From contig CAWKNZ010000005.1 in NCBI GenBank assembly GCA_963851265.1, positions 1 to 64,000 of the forward strand: a DNA stretch of 64,000 bases, read 5' to 3'. This document shows, piece after piece, positions 40,520-56,293 of the stretch (its first letter is position 1; every line of letters starts with the position of its first letter). Under the pieces are notes generated by a model, which worked only from the letters and a program-made list of their open reading frames with translations, ran no database searches and was not told the DNA's origin. Position numbers and translations under genes: made by a program. This stretch comes from an uncultured Gemmatimonadales bacterium. GTDB lineage: Bacteria > Gemmatimonadota > Gemmatimonadetes > Gemmatimonadales > Gemmatimonadaceae.

Positions 40520-43288
40520 ATGCCGCCAGCCAAGAAGACCGCGCCAAAGACGCAGAAGAGTGGGGCCGACGTCGACGCGCTCGGCCGGCGCTCCCTCGTC
40601 ATCGTTGAATCGCCTACCAAGGCCCGCACGATCGGCCGCTTCCTGCCGCGCGGCTTCCGCGTCATGGCCTCGGTCGGCCACGTCCGCGACCTCCCGCAGA
40701 ACGCGAGCGAGATCCCGGAGAAGTACCGCAAGGAGCGCTGGGCCCGTACCGGCGTCGACGTCGCCAACGACTTCGCCCCGCTGTACGTCGTCCCGGCGAC
40801 GAGTCGCAAGGTCATCAAGGACCTCAAGGACGCGCTGAAGGACGCCGACCAACTCATCCTCGCGACCGACGAAGATCGCGAGGGTGAGAGCATCTCGTGG
40901 CACCTCCTGCAGGAGCTCAAGCCCAAGGTGCCGGTGCGTCGCATGGTGTTCCACGAGATCACCGAGCCCGCCATCCGCCGCGCCCTGAGCGAGTTCCGCG
41001 ACGTCGACGAGAACCTCGTTCGCGCCCAGGAAGCCCGCCGGATCGTCGACCGCCTCACCGGCTACACGGTGAGTCCGCTTCTCTGGACGACCGTCGCCCC
41101 GCGCCTGAGCGCCGGCCGCGTGCAGAGCGCCGCCGTGCGCCTCGTCGTGCAGCGCGAACGCGAACGCCGCGCCTTCCGGAGCGCCACGTGGTGGGACGTC
41201 ATCGCCGACCTCGAACACGCGCGCCAGCGCTTCGAAGCGCGGCTCGTCGCGTTGGGCGGCAGGCGCCTCGCGACGGGGAAGGACTTCGACAAGACCACCG
41301 GCAAGCTCTCCGCGGCCGCCGCCAGGGACGCCCTCCTCCTCGACGAGCCCGCCGCGCGCGCGCTCGTCGAGCGCCTGACGGGCCGGCCCTTCGTCGTCGT
41401 CGACCGCGAGGAGGAGCCGTTCACCACCAAGCCGGCCGCCCCGTTCACCACGTCGACGCTTCAGCAGGAGGCCAGCCGCAAGCTCGGACTCGGCGCGCGC
41501 GACACGATGCGTACCGCGCAGGCCCTCTACGAGCGCGGCTTCATCACGTACATGCGGACCGATTCGGTCAATTTGAGCGACGAAGCCATCTCGGCCGCTC
41601 GCGCCGCGGCGGCAGAGTTCGGGCGCGAGTACGTTCCGCTCCACCCGCGTCGGTACGCCACCAAGAGTGCTAACGCGCAGGAGGCGCACGAAGCCATCCG
41701 CCCGTCGGGCACGACCTTCCGCAAGCCTGACGAGACGGGCCTGGACGGCCGCGACCTGCGCCTCTACGACCTGATCTGGAAGCGCACCGTCGCGAGCCAG
41801 ATGCCCGACGCACGCCAGGTGCGCGTCACCGTCACGCTGGATTGTGAGGACGCGCGCTTCCGCGCGTCGGGCAAGCGGATCGAGTTCCCCGGCTTCATCC
41901 GCGCCTACGTCGAAGGCAGCGATGACCCGGACGCCGCGCTCGAGGACCGCGAGGTCATCCTGCCGGCGATGGACAAGGGCGACCGTCCCTCCGCCCACGC
42001 GCTCCGCCCCGACGGACACGAGACGCAGCCCCCGGCGCGGTACACCGAGGCGTCGCTCGTCAAGGCGCTCGAGGACTTCGGCATCGGCCGCCCCAGCACG
42101 TACGCGAGCATCATGGACACCATCCAGGCCCGCGGCTACGTGCGCAAGGACGGCAAGGCGCTGGTCCCGACGTTCACGGCCTTCGCGGTCACCGCGCTGC
42201 TCGAAGAACACCTCGCGCCGCTCGTCGACACCGAGTTCACCGCGCGCATGGAAACCGAGCTCGACGAAATCGCCCGCGGCGAGCAGGACCAGCTCTCCTA
42301 TCTTCGCGAGTTCTACTTCGGCGACGCCCAGCACCCCGGCCTCGAACCGATGGTCCAGCACGGCGCCTCTGCGGTGAAGAACGAGACCGGCGGCGCCCGC
42401 CGCGTCGAGCTCGAAGGGCTCGGCGCCGCGGTCCGCATCGGCCGCTACGGCCCGTACCTCGAGTTCGAGGAGGACGGCCAGAAGGTGCGCGCCAACCTCC
42501 CCGACACGGTCGCGCCCGCGGACCTCACCGACACGATGGCGCGCGAGCTCCTGCGCCAGCGCGCCGACGGGCCCCCATCGTTAGGCACCGACCCGGCCAC
42601 CGGCCTGCCGGTCTACCTCATGAACGGGCAGTACGGCCCCTACGTCCAGCTCGGCGAGGCTGGTGAGGACGAGAAGCCCAAGCGGGCATCGCTGGCCAAG
42701 GGCATGACCCCGGAGACGATCACGCTCGACCAGGCACTCGGCCTGCTCGCCCTCCCGCGCACCCTCGGCAACCACCCCGAGACCGGCCAGGCGGTCAAGG
42801 CGAGCGTCGGCCGCTTCGGACCGTTCGTCGTCCACGCGAAGGGCGGCCCGGAGGGCAAGGACGACTTCCGCTCCGTTCCCGCCGGCGAGGACGTGCTCAC
42901 CATCTCGCTCGCCCGCGCCGTCGACCTGCTCGCCCAGCCGAAGCGCGCCCGCGGCGCGGGGGCCGGCGGCACGGTCCAGCCGCTTCGCGACCTCGGCGTC
43001 CACGCGCCCACCGCCCTGCCAGTCCTGGTGTTCGAGGGACGCTACGGCCCGTACGTCCAACTCGGCGCGACCCCGGCCGACCGCAAAACCAAACCCGTGC
43101 GCGCGACCCTCCCGAAGGATGTGCAGCCCACGGAAATCACGCTCCCGCAGGCGGTCGCACTGCTCGAAGAGCGCGCCGGATCGCTGCCGGCGGCGGGCGC
43201 GCGCAAAGGTGCAGGGAAGACCACGGCGAAGCGCGCGGCGGCCAAGCGCGCGCCCGCCAAGCGGGCCGCGCGACCGCGCGCGGCGTGA
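40520..43288 (+). CDS. topA: DNA topoisomerase I
   Basis: [46 protein letters not shown]-terminal GRYGPY repeats and K/A-rich tail. Confidence 0.97.
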   Translation: MPPAKKTAPKTQKSGADVDALGRRSLVIVESPTKARTIGRFLPRGFRVMASVGHVRDLPQNASEIPEKYRKERWARTGVDVANDFAPLYVVPATSRKVIKDLKDALKDADQLILATDEDREGESISWHLLQELKPKVPVRRMVFHEITEPAIRRALSEFRDVDENLVRAQEARRIVDRLTGYTVSPLLWTTVAPRLSAGRVQSAAVRLVVQRERERRAFRSATWWDVIADLEHARQRFEARLVALGGRRLATGKDFDKTTGKLSAAAARDALLLDEPAARALVERLTGRPFVVVDREEEPFTTKPAAPFTTSTLQQEASRKLGLGARDTMRTAQALYERGFITYMRTDSVNLSDEAISAARAAAAEFGREYVPLHPRRYATKSANAQEAHEAIRPSGTTFRKPDETGLDGRDLRLYDLIWKRTVASQMPDARQVRVTVTLDCEDARFRASGKRIEFPGFIRAYVEGSDDPDAALEDREVILPAMDKGDRPSAHALRPDGHETQPPARYTEASLVKALEDFGIGRPSTYASIMDTIQARGYVRKDGKALVPTFTAFAVTALLEEHLAPLVDTEFTARMETELDEIARGEQDQLSYLREFYFGDAQHPGLEPMVQHGASAVKNETGGARRVELEGLGAAVRIGRYGPYLEFEEDGQKVRANLPDTVAPADLTDTMARELLRQRADGPPSLGTDPATGLPVYLMNGQYGPYVQLGEAGEDEKPKRASLAKGMTPETITLDQALGLLALPRTLGNHPETGQAVKASVGRFGPFVVHAKGGPEGKDDFRSVPAGEDVLTISLARAVDLLAQPKRARGAGAGGTVQPLRDLGVHAPTALPVLVFEGRYGPYVQLGATPADRKTKPVRATLPKDVQPTEITLPQAVALLEERAGSLPAAGARKGAGKTTAKRAAAKRAPAKRAARPRAA

Positions 43289-43399
43289 CGCGACACCGCG
43301 CGCCCGACGGACTGACCGGATGATGACGAACGGTACGTAGCAGCGGGGCCGCGCCCGGCCGCCGGCCCCACACACCGAGCCTCGCGCTATACTGGCCGG

Positions 43400-44779
43400 A
43401 TGCGCACTCCGGACGAGATCACGGTCGTCGGCGGCGGACTCGCCGGGAGCGAGGCGGCGTGGCAGTTGGCCGAGCGCGGGTACCGGGTCGCGGTGCACGA
43501 GATGCGACCCGTACGAACGACTCCGGCGCACAAGACCGACCGGCTCGCCGAGCTGGTCTGCTCCAACACCTTCAAGAGCACCGAAGTCACCACCGCGCAC
43601 GGGCTGCTCAAGGCCGAGATGCGCGAGCTCGGCTCGATGATCCTTACCGCGGCGGACGAGGCGCGCGTGCCCGGCGGAACCGCGCTGACCGTGGACCGCG
43701 CCGTGTTCGCGGCCGGCGTGCACGCGCGCGTGTCGGAGCACCCCAACGTGCGCATCGTCCGCGACGAGGTGACCGCACTCCCCGACGTCGGGATCGTGGC
43801 GACGGGGCCGCTCACCTCCGACGCCCTCGCCGAGGTGCTCGCCGCCCGGCTCGGTCAGCAGTCGCTCGCCTTCTACGACGCGATCGCGCCCGTCGTCGCC
43901 GTGGAGTCGATCGACGCCGCGGTGACCTTCCGCGCCTCGCGCTGGGGGCGCGAGACGATGGACGGCGCGGCGGAGGCCGGAGCGGCCGAGGGTGCGTACC
44001 TCAACTGCCCCATGGAGCGGGGCGAGTACGAGGCGTTCCTCGACGCGCTCGTCGCGGCCGACCAGACGACCGCGCACGAGTTCGACGCGGTGCCCTACTT
44101 CGAGGGCTGTATGCCCGTCGAAGAGATGGCCCGCCGCGGGCGCGACACGCTGCGCTTCGGGCCGCTCAAGCCCGTGGGGCTGGTCGACCCGCGCACCGGC
44201 CGGCGGCCGTGGGCGGTCGTGCAGCTGCGGCAGGAGGACCGCGCCGGGCGCATGTGGAACCTCGTCGGCTTCCAGACCCGGCTCCGGTATCCCGAACAGC
44301 AGCGCGTCTTCCGCCTCATCCCGGGGCTCGGCGGGGCCGAGTTCCTGCGGTTCGGCTCGATCCACCGCAACAGCTACGTCAACACGCCCGCCGCGCTCAC
44401 GCCGCACCTGTCGCTGCCCGACCGCGCGACCACGCTCGTCGCCGGGCAGCTCACGGGCGTCGAGGGCTACACCGAGAGCACCGCGACCGGGCTCCTCGCC
44501 GCGATCAACCTCGACCGCCTGCTGCGCGGCCTCGCGCCCGTGCTCCCCCCACCGACCACGATGCTCGGGGCGCTCTACCGGCATCTGCGCGAGGCCGACC
44601 CGCGCCACTTCCAGCCGATGAACGCCAACTTCGGCCTCGTCGACGACCTCGACGAACCGGTGCGCGACAAGTTGACGAAGCGGGCGCGGATGGCGGAGCG
44701 CGCGCTCGCCGACTTCCGCGCGTGGCGCGACGACGCGTTGGGCGCGGGCGCGCCGGCCTCGTTAGGCGCGGCCGCGTGA
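43400..44779 (+). CDS. trmFO: tRNA m5U54 methyltransferase (folate/FAD-dependent)
   Basis: GGGLAGSEAA, ELVCSN, FEGCMPVE, GQLTGVEGY, FQPMNANFG. Confidence 0.96.
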   Translation: MRTPDEITVVGGGLAGSEAAWQLAERGYRVAVHEMRPVRTTPAHKTDRLAELVCSNTFKSTEVTTAHGLLKAEMRELGSMILTAADEARVPGGTALTVDRAVFAAGVHARVSEHPNVRIVRDEVTALPDVGIVATGPLTSDALAEVLAARLGQQSLAFYDAIAPVVAVESIDAAVTFRASRWGRETMDGAAEAGAAEGAYLNCPMERGEYEAFLDALVAADQTTAHEFDAVPYFEGCMPVEEMARRGRDTLRFGPLKPVGLVDPRTGRRPWAVVQLRQEDRAGRMWNLVGFQTRLRYPEQQRVFRLIPGLGGAEFLRFGSIHRNSYVNTPAALTPHLSLPDRATTLVAGQLTGVEGYTESTATGLLAAINLDRLLRGLAPVLPPPTTMLGALYRHLREADPRHFQPMNANFGLVDDLDEPVRDKLTKRARMAERALADFRAWRDDALGAGAPASLGAAA

Positions 44780-45723
44780 CGGAGCCCGCCGCGCCACTCG
44801 CCCCGGAGGTCGCCGAGTACCTCGAGCACCTCGCCAAGGAGCGCGACGTCTCGCCGCACACGCTCGCCGCGTACGAGCGCGACCTGCGCGGCCTCACGAG
44901 CTTCCTCGGCCGGCACCGCGGCGCGGCGGCCGGTGTCGTGTGGGCCGAGATCACGCGGCAGGACCTGCGCGCCTACCTCGGGCACCTCACGCGGCGCGGG
45001 CTCGCCAAGCGCTCCGTCGCGCGCGCGCTGTCGAGCGCGCGGAGCTTCTTCCGCTACCTGCACCGCGAGGAGTTGGTCCCCGCCAACCCGGCGCGCGCGG
45101 TCTCGAGCCCCAAACCCGAACGAAGGCTGCCGGCCTACCTCGACCAGAAGCAGACCGCCGCGCTGTTCGCGCTCGCGGAGGCGCGCGCGGCCGACCCGTC
45201 GGCCCGCTTCGCCGACGTCCGCGACCTCGCGATGCTCGAACTGCTCTACTCGGCCGGGCTCCGCGTGAGCGAGCTGCAGGGCGTGAACGTCGGGGACCTC
45301 GACCTGCTCGCGGGACAGGTCAAGGTGAGGGGGAAGGGGCGCAAGGAGCGCATCGTCCCGGTAGGCACGAAGGCGGTCCGCGCGCTGCGGCAGTACGAGG
45401 CCAGACGCGAGGAGATCGTCGCGCGGGTCGGACGGGGAGCCGAGCGTTCGGCCGTGTTCCTGACCGACCGCGGGCGGCGGATCAGCGTCCCCGCGGTCCA
45501 GCGCGCGGTGGTGAAACTGCTGCGCACGATCGACGACGAGCAGGCGCTGTCGACGCACTCGCTGCGGCACACCTTCGCGACGCACCTGGTGGACGCGGGC
45601 GCGGACCTCCGGGCGGTGCAGGAACTGCTCGGGCACGCGTCGGTCGCGACGACGCAGATCTACACGCACACGAGTGTGGAGCGGCTGAAACAGGCGTACC
45701 GACGCGCGCACCCGCGGGCGTAG
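44776..45723 (+). CDS. xerC: Tyrosine recombinase XerC
   Basis: YSAGLRVSEL, GKGRKERIVP, HSLRHTFATH, LLGHAS..TTQIYTH, HPRA; trmFO-xerC-hslVU synteny. Confidence 0.92.
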   Translation: MTEPAAPLAPEVAEYLEHLAKERDVSPHTLAAYERDLRGLTSFLGRHRGAAAGVVWAEITRQDLRAYLGHLTRRGLAKRSVARALSSARSFFRYLHREELVPANPARAVSSPKPERRLPAYLDQKQTAALFALAEARAADPSARFADVRDLAMLELLYSAGLRVSELQGVNVGDLDLLAGQVKVRGKGRKERIVPVGTKAVRALRQYEARREEIVARVGRGAERSAVFLTDRGRRISVPAVQRAVVKLLRTIDDEQALSTHSLRHTFATHLVDAGADLRAVQELLGHASVATTQIYTHTSVERLKQAYRRAHPRA

Positions 45724-45798
45724 CGGTTCAGCGGCGCGCCCCGCCCGGCCGGACGCTCGGGCTCGCCGAAGCGCACTGAACTTGCACGGCCCCCGGGC

Positions 45799-46239
45799 AT
45801 GTCTCTCGAGACACTCCCGCGACTCGTGGGCTCCCTGGTCCTGCTCATCGGCCTCGCCGTCGTCGCCGACGCGTCGACCCCTCCACTCACGGCCGCCCGT
45901 CGCGAGCGTCGCCGCCGTGCCCGGGCCGTGCCGAGTCGGGCGGGGGAGTCCGCCGTCGGCGCGGGCCTGCTGCTCGTCGGCGCGGCGCTCGTCGGCGGCG
46001 ACCAGTGGCGATGGGACACCGTGGCGGTGTTCGCCGGGACGGTGCTGCTGCTCGCCGGGATCGTGCTCAACTGGCGTTACCTGCGCGAGCGGATCACGTT
46101 CCGCGGCGCCGCCCGCCGCGGGCGCACCGCCGACGACGACCGTCGCCACCTCGGTGATCCCGTCGCGCCCGAGCCCCACGCCGATCGGCGGCCCAACGAC
46201 CGCCGGTGGACCGAGCGCCGGGACCGCGCGGGCCGATAG
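45799..46239 (+). CDS. Hypothetical membrane protein
   Basis: 146-aa ORF with 3 hydrophobic segments filling the xerC-hslV gap. Confidence 0.65.
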   Translation: MSLETLPRLVGSLVLLIGLAVVADASTPPLTAARRERRRRARAVPSRAGESAVGAGLLLVGAALVGGDQWRWDTVAVFAGTVLLLAGIVLNWRYLRERITFRGAARRGRTADDDRRHLGDPVAPEPHADRRPNDRRWTERRDRAGR

Positions 46240-46312
46240 CCCGCCCCGGCACCGTAGGCCCCGCGACCCACGGCCGGTCGCCGTGCGCGGCCGATCGCGC
46301 TAGCGTGTCCGC

Positions 46313-46882
<570 letters not shown>

Positions 46883-46946
46883 ACGCCGCGCCGTCCGGCA
46901 TGGGTCCGTCCGTGGGACCGAGTTGAGGACGGTTAGCTTTCCCGGG

Positions 46947-48395
<1,449 letters not shown>

Positions 48396-48399
48396 CCCC

Positions 48400-49344
48400 A
48401 TGACCGAACCCGAGCTCGCGACCGACCCCGATGCGGTGCAACACTTCCTCGCCATCCCCGCGCTCACGCGGCCGGCGTTGGTCGGGCTGCTCGACCTCGC
48501 CGAGCGCATGCGGCGGGGCGCGTACACGCGCCGCCCGCTCGAGGGGCGCACGCTCGGGATGATCTTCACGAAGTCGAGCACCCGCACGCGCGTCTCGTTC
48601 GAGGTCGGCACGTTCCAGTTGGGCGGGCACGCCCTCTTCCTCTCGGGGCGCGACGTGCAGCTCGGGCGCGGCGAGCCGGTGGCCGACACGGCGCGCGTGC
48701 TGTCGCGCTACGTCGACGGCATCATGATCCGCACGTTCGCGCACCGCGAGGTCGAGGAACTCGCGCAGCACGCGACGGTCCCGGTGATCAACGGGCTCAC
48801 CGATCTTCTCCACCCGTGCCAGGTGCTCGCCGACCTGCTCACCGTGGTGCAGCACCTCGGCGGCGTCGACGGGCGACGGGTGGCGTGGATCGGCGACGGC
48901 AACAACGTCGCGAACTCGTGGCTCAACGCCGCGTATCGCTTCGGCTTCGACCTCTCGCTCGCGTGCCCCGAGGGGTATGAACCTGACGGCGAGCTGCTGG
49001 CGCGCGCGCAGACGGCGGCGCGGGTCGCCCTGGTGCGCGACCCGCGCGAGGCGGTCGAAGGGGCCGACGTGGTGACCACCGACGTGTGGGCGTCGATGGG
49101 GCAGGAGGGGGAGCAGGAGCAGCGTGCGCGCGCCTTCGCCCGCTTCCAGGTGAACGCGGCGCTCATGGCGCGTGCCGCGCGCGACGCGATTTTCCTCCAC
49201 TGCCTGCCGGCGCACCGCGGCGAGGAGGTGACGGACGACGTGATCGACGGGCCGCAGAGTCGCGTGTGGGACGAGGCGGAAAACCGGTTGCACGTGCAGA
49301 AGGCGCTGATGGCCGCGCTGATCGGTGGCGAGCCGCTTGTGTGA
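48400..49344 (+). CDS. argF: Ornithine carbamoyltransferase
   Basis: STRTR, HPCQ, DVWASMG, HCLP, AENRLH. Confidence 0.95.
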   Translation: MTEPELATDPDAVQHFLAIPALTRPALVGLLDLAERMRRGAYTRRPLEGRTLGMIFTKSSTRTRVSFEVGTFQLGGHALFLSGRDVQLGRGEPVADTARVLSRYVDGIMIRTFAHREVEELAQHATVPVINGLTDLLHPCQVLADLLTVVQHLGGVDGRRVAWIGDGNNVANSWLNAAYRFGFDLSLACPEGYEPDGELLARAQTAARVALVRDPREAVEGADVVTTDVWASMGQEGEQEQRARAFARFQVNAALMARAARDAIFLHCLPAHRGEEVTDDVIDGPQSRVWDEAENRLHVQKALMAALIGGEPLV

Positions 49345-49374
49345 CGCCGCGCGCGGCGTGACCTCGCCGCCGCC

Positions 49375-49815
49375 GTGACCCCGCTCCGCCGCGCGCTGCT
49401 CCTCGTGGGGTGGGCGGTCCTGCTGCTCGGGCCGCTCGCGGGCGCCCTCGTCTTCGTGCGCGCCGAGGACCCCACCGCGGTCGCGTACGGCAGCACGCCG
49501 CCGAGTCGCGCGCTGGCGGCGCTCGAGGCGGCCGTCCCGGCCGGGGTCGTCGCCGGCGCGCTGTTCTCCGTGGTGGCGGCGCGCGTGCGTCGGTCGGGCA
49601 CGCTGCTCGCACGACCCGACGAGATGCTGGTCGCCGCGAGTCAGCTCGCTGGGTGGTTGCTCGCCGCGGTCGGCGCGGTGCTCCTGCTCGCCGCGATGAT
49701 CTTCGGCGGGCCGCCGGGGATCATCGGCGGGTTCGCGACGTTCATCGTCGTCTTCTCGCTCGCGGGCCGCGGTCGTCGCCGCGCGGCGGGAGACAATCGC
49801 CGCGCCAAGCTCTGA
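49375..49815 (+). CDS. Hypothetical membrane protein
   Basis: Hydrophobic 146-aa ORF between argF and bcp. Confidence 0.6.
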   Translation: MTPLRRALLLVGWAVLLLGPLAGALVFVRAEDPTAVAYGSTPPSRALAALEAAVPAGVVAGALFSVVAARVRRSGTLLARPDEMLVAASQLAGWLLAAVGAVLLLAAMIFGGPPGIIGGFATFIVVFSLAGRGRRRAAGDNRRAKL

Positions 49816-49817
49816 AC

Positions 49818-50306
49818 GTGTCCGCAACGCCTCCGAATCCACTCCCCGCCGTCGGCTCGCCGGCGCCCGCGTTCGCGGTGCGCACCGATGCGGACGTGCC
49901 GCTCGCCCTCGCCGATTTGCGAGGACGCGTGGTCGTGCTCTACTTCTACCCGAAGGACGACACCACCGGCTGTACGGCGGAAGCGTGCGAGTTCCGCGAC
50001 ACCTTCCCGCACTTCGACGGGTCCGGCGCGACGGTGCTCGGCGTGAGCCCGGACTCGGTCGCCTCGCACGTGAAGTTCAAGGCCAAGTACGCACTGCCGT
50101 TCACGCTCCTGGCAGACCCCGACCACGCGGTGGCGGAGGCGTATGGCGTGTGGCAGGAGAAGTCGATGTACGGGCGGCGGTACATGGGCGTGGCGCGGAC
50201 GACGTTCGTCATCGATCGCGACGGACGGATCGCCCGCGTGTTCGAGCGCGTGAAGCCTGCGGGCCACGCGGCAGCGGTCGCGGCGGCGGTGGCCGACCTC
50301 GGCTGA
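49818..50306 (+). CDS. bcp: Peroxiredoxin Bcp/PrxQ
   Basis: YFYPKDDTTGCTAEAC, KSMYG, RTTFVID. Confidence 0.93.
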   Translation: MSATPPNPLPAVGSPAPAFAVRTDADVPLALADLRGRVVVLYFYPKDDTTGCTAEACEFRDTFPHFDGSGATVLGVSPDSVASHVKFKAKYALPFTLLADPDHAVAEAYGVWQEKSMYGRRYMGVARTTFVIDRDGRIARVFERVKPAGHAAAVAAAVADLG

Positions 50307-50405
50307 ACGGGTGGGAGGCGGCACGCGTCCTGCCACCTCCCCCGAGATTCGCCGCCGGCTCTCGGTCCCACTCGCCGGCGCGCCCAATCTTCGGAGACGC
50401 ACGCA

Positions 50406-51008
50406 ATGGCCGACAAGACGCAGCAGAGGAACGAAGACAACGCCGTCCCGCTCGAGAAGAAGCTCGACGACCTTTACAAGCTCATCGACGGCATCGAGGT
50501 CGCCCAGTTCACGACCCGTCGCGCCGACGGCAGCCTCGTCTCGCGTCCCATGCAGGTCCAGCGGCGCGTCGAAGGGTCGGACCTCTGGTTCATGACGAAC
50601 GGCGAGTCGCACAAGCTCGAGGAGCTGGCAACCGACCCGCACGTGAACTGCGCGTTCTACAACAGCTCGTCGCGCGAGTGGGTGAGCGTGAGCGGAACGG
50701 CCGTCGTGTCGCGCGACAAGACGTTGATCCACGACCTGTACCAGCCCGACTGGCGCGCGTGGCTCGGCGACGAGGGCGGAAACCGTGACGGCGGCCCCGA
50801 CGATCCGCGCATCACGCTCGTGCTCATCGAGGCGCACTCGGTCATCTATTCCAAGAAGGACCGCCCCGCGCCGGTGCAGCTGTTCGAGGTCGCGAAGGGG
50901 ATCGTGACGGGCACGCCGCCCAAGATGAGCGACACGCGCGAGCTGAGCGCGTCGGAGCTGGCGCAGGCGCCCGCGGTGAGCGGGAGCAAGGCCTCGGCCG
51001 ACCTGTAG
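50406..51008 (+). CDS. General stress protein, pyridoxamine-5'-phosphate-oxidase-like FMN-binding barrel
   Basis: SRPM, LWF, SHK, WVSVSG, DDPRI. Confidence 0.85.
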   Translation: MADKTQQRNEDNAVPLEKKLDDLYKLIDGIEVAQFTTRRADGSLVSRPMQVQRRVEGSDLWFMTNGESHKLEELATDPHVNCAFYNSSSREWVSVSGTAVVSRDKTLIHDLYQPDWRAWLGDEGGNRDGGPDDPRITLVLIEAHSVIYSKKDRPAPVQLFEVAKGIVTGTPPKMSDTRELSASELAQAPAVSGSKASADL

Positions 51009-51117
51009 TCGGTCGCCCCAGCACCGTTCGCGAGTGCTGCGGCCCGCGCCTCGACCATCGGGCGCGGGCCGCTAGTTTTTTCCGGCCGCCCGTCTTCCGT
51101 CCCGCACCGCCGTCCTC

Positions 51118-52278
<1,161 letters not shown>

Positions 52279-52324
52279 CCCCCGCGCGCAGCCGGCGCGG
52301 GCGGCCAACCGGAGGACCGCGGGG

Positions 52325-52930
52325 ATGACGGCAGGAACGACAGTCACGGGATTCACGGGCTCGGTGCCGGCGACGCTCGCGCGCAACTGGTGGGCGGTGG
52401 CGCTGCGCGGCGGCGCGGCCGTGCTGTTCGGGCTGCTGACGATCGTCAACCCGGGCGCGACCCTCGCCACGCTCGTGCTGCTCTTCGGCGTGTTCGCCCT
52501 CGTGGACGGGGCGCTCAACATCGTGGCGGGGCTCCGGCGCCGCGAAGGGGGCGGCGCGTGGGGCGGGCTGCTGCTCGCCGGCGCGCTCGCCATCACCGTC
52601 GGCGCCCTCACCATCTGGTACCCGCGCAGGACCGCCGCCTTCCTGCTCTACATGGTGGCCGCGTGGGCGATCGTGACCGGGGCGGGGCAGGTCCTCACGG
52701 CGGTGCGGCTCCGCCGCGAGATCCGCGGCGAATGGCTCCTGATCGTGAGCGGGGCGTTGTCGGTGCTGTTCGGCGTCGTGCTGCTCGCGGCACCGATCGC
52801 GGGCGCGCTGGTGATCGCCGTCTGGATCGGCGCGTACGCGCTGTTCGCGGGCGTGCTGCTGCTGGCGCTCGCGTTCCGGCTGCGCGGGTGGGCGCGCGGC
52901 GGGGCGCGCGCGCTCGCCGCGCAACGTTAG
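52325..52930 (+). CDS. HdeD-family membrane protein
   Basis: NWWAVALRG..AVLFG, RLRREIRGEW. Confidence 0.88.
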   Translation: MTAGTTVTGFTGSVPATLARNWWAVALRGGAAVLFGLLTIVNPGATLATLVLLFGVFALVDGALNIVAGLRRREGGGAWGGLLLAGALAITVGALTIWYPRRTAAFLLYMVAAWAIVTGAGQVLTAVRLRREIRGEWLLIVSGALSVLFGVVLLAAPIAGALVIAVWIGAYALFAGVLLLALAFRLRGWARGGARALAAQR

Positions 52931-52940
52931 GCCTACGCGC

Positions 52941-53449
52941 ATGGCCGAACGGGTCGCGGTCCTCACCGTCTCCGACACGCGCACTGCGGCCGACGACGGT
53001 TCGGGAGACGCGATCGTGGCGTGGGCGGCGGCGCGCGGCGCGGCGCTCGCCGCGCGCGGGCTCGTGCCCGACAGCACGCTCGCGATCGCCGCACAGCTCG
53101 CGGCGTGGTGTGACGCGGACGCGGCCGACGTCGTGCTCACCACCGGCGGCACCGGCCTCGCGCCGCGCGACGTCACGCCCGAGGCGACGCGCGCCGTGAT
53201 CGAGCGCGAGGCGCCCGGGATCGCGGAGTGCATCCGTGCGGCGTCGATGGCGACGTTCCCGCGCGCCGCGCTCTCGCGCGGGATCGCGGGGACGCGCGGC
53301 GCGACGCTGATCGTCAACCTGCCCGGCTCGACCGGCGGCGTGCGCGACGCGCTCGCGGCGCTCGAACCGATCCTCACACACGCGGTGAACGTGCTCCGCG
53401 ATCGTCCGACCGACCACTCTGGCGGCAGCCCTTCCCGGGAGGCGTCGGC

Positions 53450-53453
<4 letters not shown>
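52941..53453 (+). CDS. mog: Molybdopterin adenylyltransferase (MogA/MoaB family)
   Basis: VLTVSD, TTGGTG..PRDVTPEA, LSRG, NLPGS. Confidence 0.9.
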
Positions 53454-55162
<1,709 letters not shown>

Positions 55163-55422
55163 TCTGGTGCGCCGACCTCAACGCTTGCGCGTCCGGACGC
55201 GACGTTCCAGCTTCCCGCCCGGTAGCCGACATGCCGCGCGTCACCTGACGCGTCTTCTCGCGCGCGGGCTCGGCGCCCACCCGCACCAGTTGCGGGTGCT
55301 GGACGCGGGCCGCGGCAGATTTCTGGTTCAGTCCGCTGCCTCCTTGCTGCTTCCGCGCCGCGCCCGGCCGGGAGGCGGTACCCCCTTCGTCGTTCGACCG
55401 CGCCTCGCCACCGATCGCTGAC

Positions 55423-56274
55423 GTGCCGTCCTCCACGCCGCACGGCTTCGGGCCGGCGCCGAGTGTAGCCCAGACCGAGCCGGCGCCGCCGGCTTCGATC
55501 CCGATTGGTGATGCCGAGGCGTTGCTCGCGACGTTGCCGAGCATCATTTCGGCGCGTGTCGTTGGCTCGCGACATGGGGGCGTCGGTGAGATCCACGTCC
55601 TCACGGGTGCCGACGTCGCGCCGCGGGAGACGGTGCGCACGGTGGAGCGTGCGCTTCTCGATCGGTTCGGCGTGCGCGTGGAACATCGGCGCATCTCGGT
55701 GGCGACGACCACGGGTCCGCTGCGGAGTCCGGCGTCGGTCGGCGGACCGCCGCGCCCCGGGTCGGTTGGCGACGTCGAGACGGGCCCGGACGCGACGCCG
55801 ATCGTCGCGGGCGCCGCGCGTCGGCCGGCCGACGCGCGGCGCCTGTATTTCGAGGACGTCGAGGCGCGGCGGTCGGCACGCGGGGGCATGTCGTGCCGCG
55901 TCGTGCTCCGGCGTGGCGATGCGCTCGCGAACGACGAGGACACGCTGGTCGAGGGGGAGGCCGAATCGCCGAGCACGATGCGCGTGCAGTCGGACGAGAT
56001 CGCGGCGCGCGCCGCGCTCGACGCGCTCGCGCGCGGCGAGGCCGGGGCCGCGTCGTTCGTGCTCGAGGGGAGCGCGCGCGTGGCGGCGTTCGGGCGCGAG
56101 TTCGTGCTCGTGGGTGTGGTGGTGCGGCAGGGGCGTGGGGCGACGCTCCTGACGGGCAGTGCGGAGGTTCGGGAGGGCGGAGCCGAAACTGCCGCGGTAC
56201 TCGCGATCCTCGACGCGACTAACCGGTGGGTCGCGCGGGGCGTCGAGGCGGGCCGTCGGGCGCGCGCGGCGTAG
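55423..56274 (+). CDS. Hypothetical protein
   Basis: 283-aa ORF with conserved-looking motifs EIHVL, HRRISVA, LLTGSA, AILDATNRW. Confidence 0.7.
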   Translation: MPSSTPHGFGPAPSVAQTEPAPPASIPIGDAEALLATLPSIISARVVGSRHGGVGEIHVLTGADVAPRETVRTVERALLDRFGVRVEHRRISVATTTGPLRSPASVGGPPRPGSVGDVETGPDATPIVAGAARRPADARRLYFEDVEARRSARGGMSCRVVLRRGDALANDEDTLVEGEAESPSTMRVQSDEIAARAALDALARGEAGAASFVLEGSARVAAFGREFVLVGVVVRQGRGATLLTGSAEVREGGAETAAVLAILDATNRWVARGVEAGRRARAA

Positions 56275-56293
56275 CGGGCGTGGCGCCACCGCG

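Noticed and set aside
44776..45723. Tyrosine recombinase as a phage or island integrase
   Set aside because: Length, HPRA terminus and trmFO-xerC-hslVU synteny indicate chromosomal XerC; no att repeats, tRNA or cargo nearby.
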